Below, one piece after another: positions 58,948 to 64,000 of a stretch of 64,000 nucleotides of DNA. Made by a program: the position numbers and the translations under genes. A model generated the notes under the pieces. The model was not told the DNA's origin. It was given only the letters and a program-made list of their open reading frames with translations, and ran no database searches. This stretch comes from Nitrospirales bacterium (GTDB lineage: Bacteria > Nitrospirota > Nitrospiria > Nitrospirales > UBA8639): NCBI GenBank assembly GCA_965223295.1, contig CBDCWC010000002.1, forward strand, positions 1,344,001 through 1,408,000, written 5' to 3'. Within the stretch, counting starts at the first letter, position 1. Every line of letters starts with the position of its first letter.

Positions 58948-61337
58948 TCTGAATGTGTAAGAGCGTACGGCACAGAATACCCATGGCGGACATAATAGGG
59001 TACGCCCTCGGACCAAGCATCAGTAAGAATCAGCCTGATCGGGCTCGAGCCATGTATCATTTCTGTAGCCTTTTGTACAACATCTTTGGGAGTAATGCCA
59101 GACCGGACAATCATTAACACAATGTCTGCCAGACCACTTAACACATTAATATCCGCAAGGGGGAGAATAGGCGGACCATCTAAGATAATAAAACGATAGC
59201 GAGACCGGACCGCTTCAATGAGAGAGGAGAGGTGCTGTAACTTTGACAATGAAACGGGATAGGCATCCATATCTCCTACGGACATACACCATAGTGGCAA
59301 ATCCTCAATCTTTTGAAAACAGGATTCTAAGGGAGCCTGTCCAGCAAGGTAATCTGCGACCCCTGGGTAATGACGTAGCACAAACACATTATGCAAATTA
59401 GGGCGCTTGTAATCACAATCAATCACAAGAGTTGGCTCATCAAGGTCACGAGCGAGCGTATAGGCCAAATTTGATGCCGTCGAGGTCTTGCCTTCTCCCT
59501 TCAACGCACTGGACAAAAGCACAACATTCCCCGTGGGCCGATCCCCCAACAAATCCAACCGCGTGGCCGCAACACGAAATTGCTCTGCAACGACAGACTG
59601 AGGTCGCCACTTTGAGACCAAATTCAGTTGCGTGGGAAAGGCTTGAGGCTTGGAAGCTCCACTGTAGAACAGAGACTTACTTTTCGTTAATCCTTCATCA
59701 TCAAAATAATGATTCGATCCATTCCCATTTTGCTTCAATGTATCCGCCACTGGAAAATCTGAGGTTCCTGGCAACATTTGCATCGTCTTGCCATACGCCA
59801 TTTGAAAACTAGGAATTGTGGCGAGCATCGGCAACCCAAGAGACACTTCAACATCTTCCGAGCGCCGAAATGTTGGCGATAACAGCTCCAGGAGAAACGC
59901 TAAACCAAACCCTAAACCTGCACCGCCCGCCAATCCTCCTAACAGGATTAATTTTCGACCCAATCCCTCCGGTTTTCTTGGCAAATTCGCTGGATCCAAA
60001 ATACGGAACCTCTCGCCCTTTTGGCGGTTATCCAAGTTTTCTGACATCCTGGCATTAATCCGCTTTTTATGAAGAAGTTGGTAATTTCCCTGCATGTTTC
60101 CATAATCACGCTCTAGAACAAGAAGTTCTTGTTCACGTGTCGGTGTACGTTCGATGCGTTGTGATAAATTTTGCATCTCTTGAGTAATTCTTTTTGATTG
60201 CGACCGGAGCTTAATGACTTGAGCCTTTAATTCATTTTTTGAATTTTTTAGATCAGATAAATATGGATCAAAAACAGGGCCCTCTGAAGCTTCAAGACCA
60301 GATGGGATATCTATGTCAATAACCTCCTCGTCATCCCCAACAGCCTCAGAACGTTGGGCAAGTTCGGCTTCTAGATTTTTAATTTGCGTTTTTAGTGAAA
60401 CAACGTCAGGATAGGCATCTGTGTATTCACCAGACATTTTCGTGAGTTCCCGCTTCAGCTCTTCAATCCGCAAACTCACGGGATCAGATGCCACACTAGA
60501 GACAGGACTGGGGAACGATTCATCACCAAACTCTCTAAGCGTTCCCGCAATGGACTCATAGTCATGAATAGATTTCTGAAGAAGCTCCATTCGCACATTC
60601 AATCCATTAATCGACTCTTGTATCTGGATTTTTTCTTCCTGCAATCGGTCTAGAGTCCGAAGATTGGTTTCTAATTGCCCAGGCAACTCACCGGCATACT
60701 TCAACTTATATTCACTCAACAATTTTTCTTTTTCATCCAATGCCTCTTTGGCTGCCGCTAATTCTTGTTCTAAAAAATTAGTCGCCCCTTCAATAAATTG
60801 TTCACGTATTTTGATATTACCTTCAATATATTGAGAGGCTAATTTTGACGTGACTTTCATCGCCAACATGGGATCTTCATGACTAAAGGAAATTGTAAAG
60901 GCCTCAAGTTGCCGCGCACCTTTTGTCGTGATCTTCACATTTTTCCGCAACCCTTCAATAACGGATTCATACCCTTGAGTCTTAATCGTTTCTGGAAACA
61001 ACTGAAATTCATCAATGACTTTTTGGAGATTGGTCCGGCTTAACACTTGTTGCGTAATTGTCGATACCCGTTCTGCAGCACTCCCTTTAATCACAGACGG
61101 AACGTAATTTTCATGAATTTTTTGTTGTTCAACTAAAATGACGGTACTTGACCGGTACACATCCTTTTTCATCCAAGCCAGAACGCCGCCAACAGCAATG
61201 CCAAGAATGGTGAGAATGATAATCAGCCATTTTCGGCGAATAATGAGGTCGAGAAAATCTTTAATATATCGTTGGATCAGAACTGACTGATCCTGTTCCG
61301 CTTGTCCGCCATTTGAGAGAAAAGTTGATTCCGCCAT
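58944..61337 (-). CDS. wzc: Polysaccharide co-polymerase/tyrosine autokinase
   Basis: Two TMs flanking a coiled coil, FRILDPA, EQFR, Walker A GEGKT, IDCD, ILDGPP, Tyr-containing C-terminus. Confidence 0.92.
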   Translation of the reverse strand: MAESTFLSNGGQAEQDQSVLIQRYIKDFLDLIIRRKWLIIILTILGIAVGGVLAWMKKDVYRSSTVILVEQQKIHENYVPSVIKGSAAERVSTITQQVLSRTNLQKVIDEFQLFPETIKTQGYESVIEGLRKNVKITTKGARQLEAFTISFSHEDPMLAMKVTSKLASQYIEGNIKIREQFIEGATNFLEQELAAAKEALDEKEKLLSEYKLKYAGELPGQLETNLRTLDRLQEEKIQIQESINGLNVRMELLQKSIHDYESIAGTLREFGDESFPSPVSSVASDPVSLRIEELKRELTKMSGEYTDAYPDVVSLKTQIKNLEAELAQRSEAVGDDEEVIDIDIPSGLEASEGPVFDPYLSDLKNSKNELKAQVIKLRSQSKRITQEMQNLSQRIERTPTREQELLVLERDYGNMQGNYQLLHKKRINARMSENLDNRQKGERFRILDPANLPRKPEGLGRKLILLGGLAGGAGLGFGLAFLLELLSPTFRRSEDVEVSLGLPMLATIPSFQMAYGKTMQMLPGTSDFPVADTLKQNGNGSNHYFDDEGLTKSKSLFYSGASKPQAFPTQLNLVSKWRPQSVVAEQFRVAATRLDLLGDRPTGNVVLLSSALKGEGKTSTASNLAYTLARDLDEPTLVIDCDYKRPNLHNVFVLRHYPGVADYLAGQAPLESCFQKIEDLPLWCMSVGDMDAYPVSLSKLQHLSSLIEAVRSRYRFIILDGPPILPLADINVLSGLADIVLMIVRSGITPKDVVQKATEMIHGSSPIRLILTDAWSEGVPYYVRHGYSVPYALTHSE

Positions 61338-61386
61338 TTTTTTGCGACTTAATCTTTAATTCGAAAAATTTTGAATATAGCCAACG

Positions 61387-61998
61387 TTACGGAACGACAA
61401 TAGTATCTCCAGATTTCAGCGTAATATTGTAGACTCCGCCTTCATCTGAGATTAAATCATCATAGCGAACAGGTATTCGGAGTTCGTGTATCTTGCCGTC
61501 AGCATTAATCACATTACGGACAATCCGAATATCATTGCGTGAGGCGAACTGGGTAAACCCTCCCGCCAAGGAAATGGCTTGAAGAAGGGTAGTATACGAT
61601 TTCATCTGCAATTTCCCCGGATTATTCACTTCCCCAACGATAAACACGTAATAACTATTCACGGACACCACATTCACAGACACCGACGGGTTTTCTTTAT
61701 AGGCTTTGAACCGTTCAGCAATATCACTGGCCAATTGATCTGCAATCAAGCCACTGGCCGGCACATCGCCAATGAGAGGGAGGGAGATTTTTCCATCTGG
61801 ACGAATCACAACCTGCCTTGAGAGGTCTGGGTTTTTCCATACCACGACATCAACGACATCTTCAGGCCCTAAGACAAAGCCTTCTTCGGGTGGCCCAGGA
61901 GCAATGATGACATCTGGCTTAAAACACCCACTACACATCAAGAAGAGGGAAACACTCAACAAAAGAGACATATGCTTTAACAGTAATTTACAAGTCAC
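61387..61998 (-). CDS. wza: Short OPX/Wza-family polysaccharide export lipoprotein
   Basis: Lipobox-like CSG-C, LGPEDV, IRPDGKISLPLIG, one SLBB domain, ends LKSGDTIVVP. Confidence 0.9.
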   Translation of the reverse strand: MTCKLLLKHMSLLLSVSLFLMCSGCFKPDVIIAPGPPEEGFVLGPEDVVDVVVWKNPDLSRQVVIRPDGKISLPLIGDVPASGLIADQLASDIAERFKAYKENPSVSVNVVSVNSYYVFIVGEVNNPGKLQMKSYTTLLQAISLAGGFTQFASRNDIRIVRNVINADGKIHELRIPVRYDDLISDEGGVYNITLKSGDTIVVP

Positions 61999-62034
61999 TC
62001 AACATCTCCCTTTGATAAATTCTACCCCAAATAT

Positions 62035-62730
62035 TTAGGGAAGGAGGACCATCGTTTCGGATGGCACAACCAATGTATCCCCAGGTTTTAACACAATGTT
62101 TTCTGCACCCCGTAAAATAATTTCGTCATAACTCACCACAAATTTCTTAGGTTCCTCACCTCCGCGCCCCAACCGAAAGATAGTAATACGACTCCGAACA
62201 GCATCTGGTGCTAACCCCCCAGCCATCGTAATAGCCTGAATCAGTGTGGTCCGGCTTAGCAAAGGAATTTTCGCTGTATTCCCCACTGCACCTTGAGTAA
62301 AGAAATAATAACTATTCACGGCTCTTACCACGATGGCAATCGTAGGATTTTCCTTATATGCTTGCAATTTTTCTTTGATATCATCACGCAACTCGGAGGT
62401 GGTTAAACCAACAGCGATGACATCGCCAATGAGTGGAAGGGAAATTCTTCCATCTGGACGAACCATCACCTCGCGAGATAAATCGGGGTTGCGCCACACA
62501 CTGATTTCTAGGACATCCTCAGGCCCGATAATATAATCATCCGTCACAATCAGGGCCTTTTTTTCCGCACGGCTTTCTGCTCGCTTGGCCTCGGTCGTTT
62601 GCGGAACCGTGATACCTGATTCAGCTAGACCTGAATCTGCAAGACTCGCACCTGTGAAACTCCCCAGCATTCCCCAAACAACGAAGACCATCCATGCGCA
62701 CAACTTTCCATTAACTTGAATCCCCTGCAT
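62035..62730 (-). CDS. wza: Short OPX/Wza-family polysaccharide export protein (periplasmic)
   Basis: Signal peptide (SLA-D), YIIGPEDVL, VRPDGRISLPLIG, LKPGDTLVVP; AAGAGGTG RBS before ATG 62730. Confidence 0.9.
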   Translation of the reverse strand: MQGIQVNGKLCAWMVFVVWGMLGSFTGASLADSGLAESGITVPQTTEAKRAESRAEKKALIVTDDYIIGPEDVLEISVWRNPDLSREVMVRPDGRISLPLIGDVIAVGLTTSELRDDIKEKLQAYKENPTIAIVVRAVNSYYFFTQGAVGNTAKIPLLSRTTLIQAITMAGGLAPDAVRSRITIFRLGRGGEEPKKFVVSYDEIILRGAENIVLKPGDTLVVPSETMVLLP

Positions 62731-63403
62731 AAATACACCTCTTCCCTTTAAGCGGGATGTTTGTAACACTTCCTCAAGTATTGAATGAAATCCCGACAAG
62801 ATATAGCCTCTATCGGATGAATGAATCAGTTCCTCAAGTAAGATCCGGCTTCATGAGCCGATTTCATAAAACTTCTCTTCTCGCAATGAAACATTATCGG
62901 ACAACATCAAGATTTAACATGCATAAGGTCCCATAATTAAAAAGAAATATTCATCATATCCTTCTTAAAAAATATCTGCAAGAAATTGGATTTTTACCAT
63001 GACAGAAGACTTCGCCACCCAACTATTTTAAGACTACCACAGTGCTAGACTTAATTGGTGCGTCCACACCTCAGACCCCTGGCTGTTCTGGCTATATAAA
63101 AAGCGAAAATTTGTTCAACTGAATAGGTTAACCAGATCCCCGAAGATTCTCACTCCTGCCTGAAAGCCGAAGGTCAACTGAGCCCATCTGCTATGCCTCC
63201 GACTGAAGAATTTCTCAGCCCGAAGCCTCTTTCGGGATCAATGTTCCAAGCAGGCCCAGCACGGGAATGATGTCCTGAAACAAGCAATTGCAAGAACGCC
63301 CATAAGCAGGAAGAAGAAAATTTGGTTCCAATTGAAACATCCTTCATGTGACGAACAACAATGTGGATCCACTATCGAAAACGATGGCAACAATGGTCAA
63401 TTT

Positions 63404-63480
63404 TGGTGCCCCCGACACGGATCGAACGTGCGGCCCGCGGTTTAGGAAACCGCTGCTCTATCCAACTGAGCTACGGGGGC
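63404..63480 (-). tRNA. tRNA-Arg(CCT)
   Basis: GCCCCCGTAGCTCAGTTGGATAGAGCAGCGGTTTCCTAAACCGCGGGCCGCACGTTCGATCCGTGTCGGGGGCACCA: 77 nt cloverleaf, anticodon CCT, encoded CCA. Confidence 0.96.
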
Positions 63481-63627
63481 GTTCAACAACCCTATGAAAA
63501 AAACGCAGAAATAACGTTTCCATAAATCAGAGGGTAATAATCCTAAAGGAAAAGCAGTAGATTAGCTTTCAATGTACCCTTTTTTATGAGACAGAACAAG
63601 TGAATTTGTTAGTGTTGAGAGATGACC

Positions 63628-64000
63628 ATGAAACGAGTGACCAACCCACCCAATCCTTTTCTTTCGGAAAACCGAGAGTACTTTGGCCCCGCACCCCTGG
63701 TTTCTCCAGAAGTGTACGAGGAAAAAGCCTCAGCGATCCTCAGTGAAAATCACAGTCCAGATCTTCCTTTCCGTTGGAGCCTCAATCCCTACAGGGGGTG
63801 CTTTCATGCCTGTGCCTATTGCTATGCCCGTCCCTCGCATGAATATTGGGGATTTGGCGCTGGGACCGATTTTGAGTCAAAGCTTATCGTCAAAACTAAC
63901 GCCGCCACCAGACTCCGCGAAACGTTCCATAAACCCTCATGGAAAGGTGAGCTCATTGTATTTTCTGGAAATACGGACCCCTATCAACCCCTTGAAGCCG
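63628..64000 (+). CDS. PA0069-family (SplB-like) radical SAM protein, 3'-truncated by window edge
   Basis: Hand translation gives SPDLPFRWSLNPYRGCFHACAYCYARPSHEY (CxxxCxxC) and SGNTDPYQPLE; absent from the ORF track because there is no stop. Confidence 0.9.
   Translation, partial: MKRVTNPPNPFLSENREYFGPAPLVSPEVYEEKASAILSENHSPDLPFRWSLNPYRGCFHACAYCYARPSHEYWGFGAGTDFESKLIVKTNAATRLRETFHKPSWKGELIVFSGNTDPYQPLEA

Noticed and set aside
293-62536. Numerous plus-strand and nested short ORFs in the track (e.g. 696-1124, 4585-5106, 41966-42580, 54006-54596)
   Set aside because: Antisense or alternate-frame shadows of well-supported genes, with no recognisable motifs.
63008-63050. JUMPStart-like sequence upstream of wza
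   Set aside because: Only a partial TGGTAG match; the ops core is not present.
1-64000. Sigma-54 promoters, CRISPR arrays, rRNA, integrase/transposase genes
   Set aside because: None found by eye; no correctly spaced GG-N10-GC with TGGCAC context in the leaders I examined, and no regularly spaced repeats.

Overview
The window is almost entirely one very large (>62 kb, open at the left edge) Wzx/Wzy-type exopolysaccharide locus of the PEP-CTERM/exosortase-A (XrtA)-associated type. It is read on the minus strand away from the 3' end of a tRNA-Arg(CCT) gene. Core genes are two short OPX/Wza proteins, Wzc, a priming sugar transferase, deacetylases, an outer-membrane beta-barrel, GT4/GT2 enzymes, WecB, AsnB, a FemAB-like protein and Wzx. 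The core is split by a ~31 kb accessory block (25.6-56.4 kb) of unusual tailoring modules: (i) hexapeptide acyltransferase + fused E1alpha/beta + lipoylated E2-like protein (no E3) + carrier-domain/AcpS fusion + GlpD-like flavoprotein; (ii) ATP-grasp + N-terminally truncated MurF-like ligase + PP-loop/Cys-rich protein; (iii) small YIDPxTGS membrane protein + NoeA-like methyltransferase + sulfatase-fold membrane protein; plus a spermidine-synthase-like membrane protein, an SGNH protein, a secreted glycosidase-like protein and an inverted GT2-Uxs pair. The distal end holds a Cys1-less asparagine-synthetase homologue, a tandem GNAT fusion, a GNAT, an ACP and two methyltransferases. Four MITE-like repeats and two sigma-28-like promoters are visible. 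No exosortase or Wzy gene is recognisable in the window. A Nitrospirales-like origin is my impression only. All family assignments come from motif recognition, not database searches.
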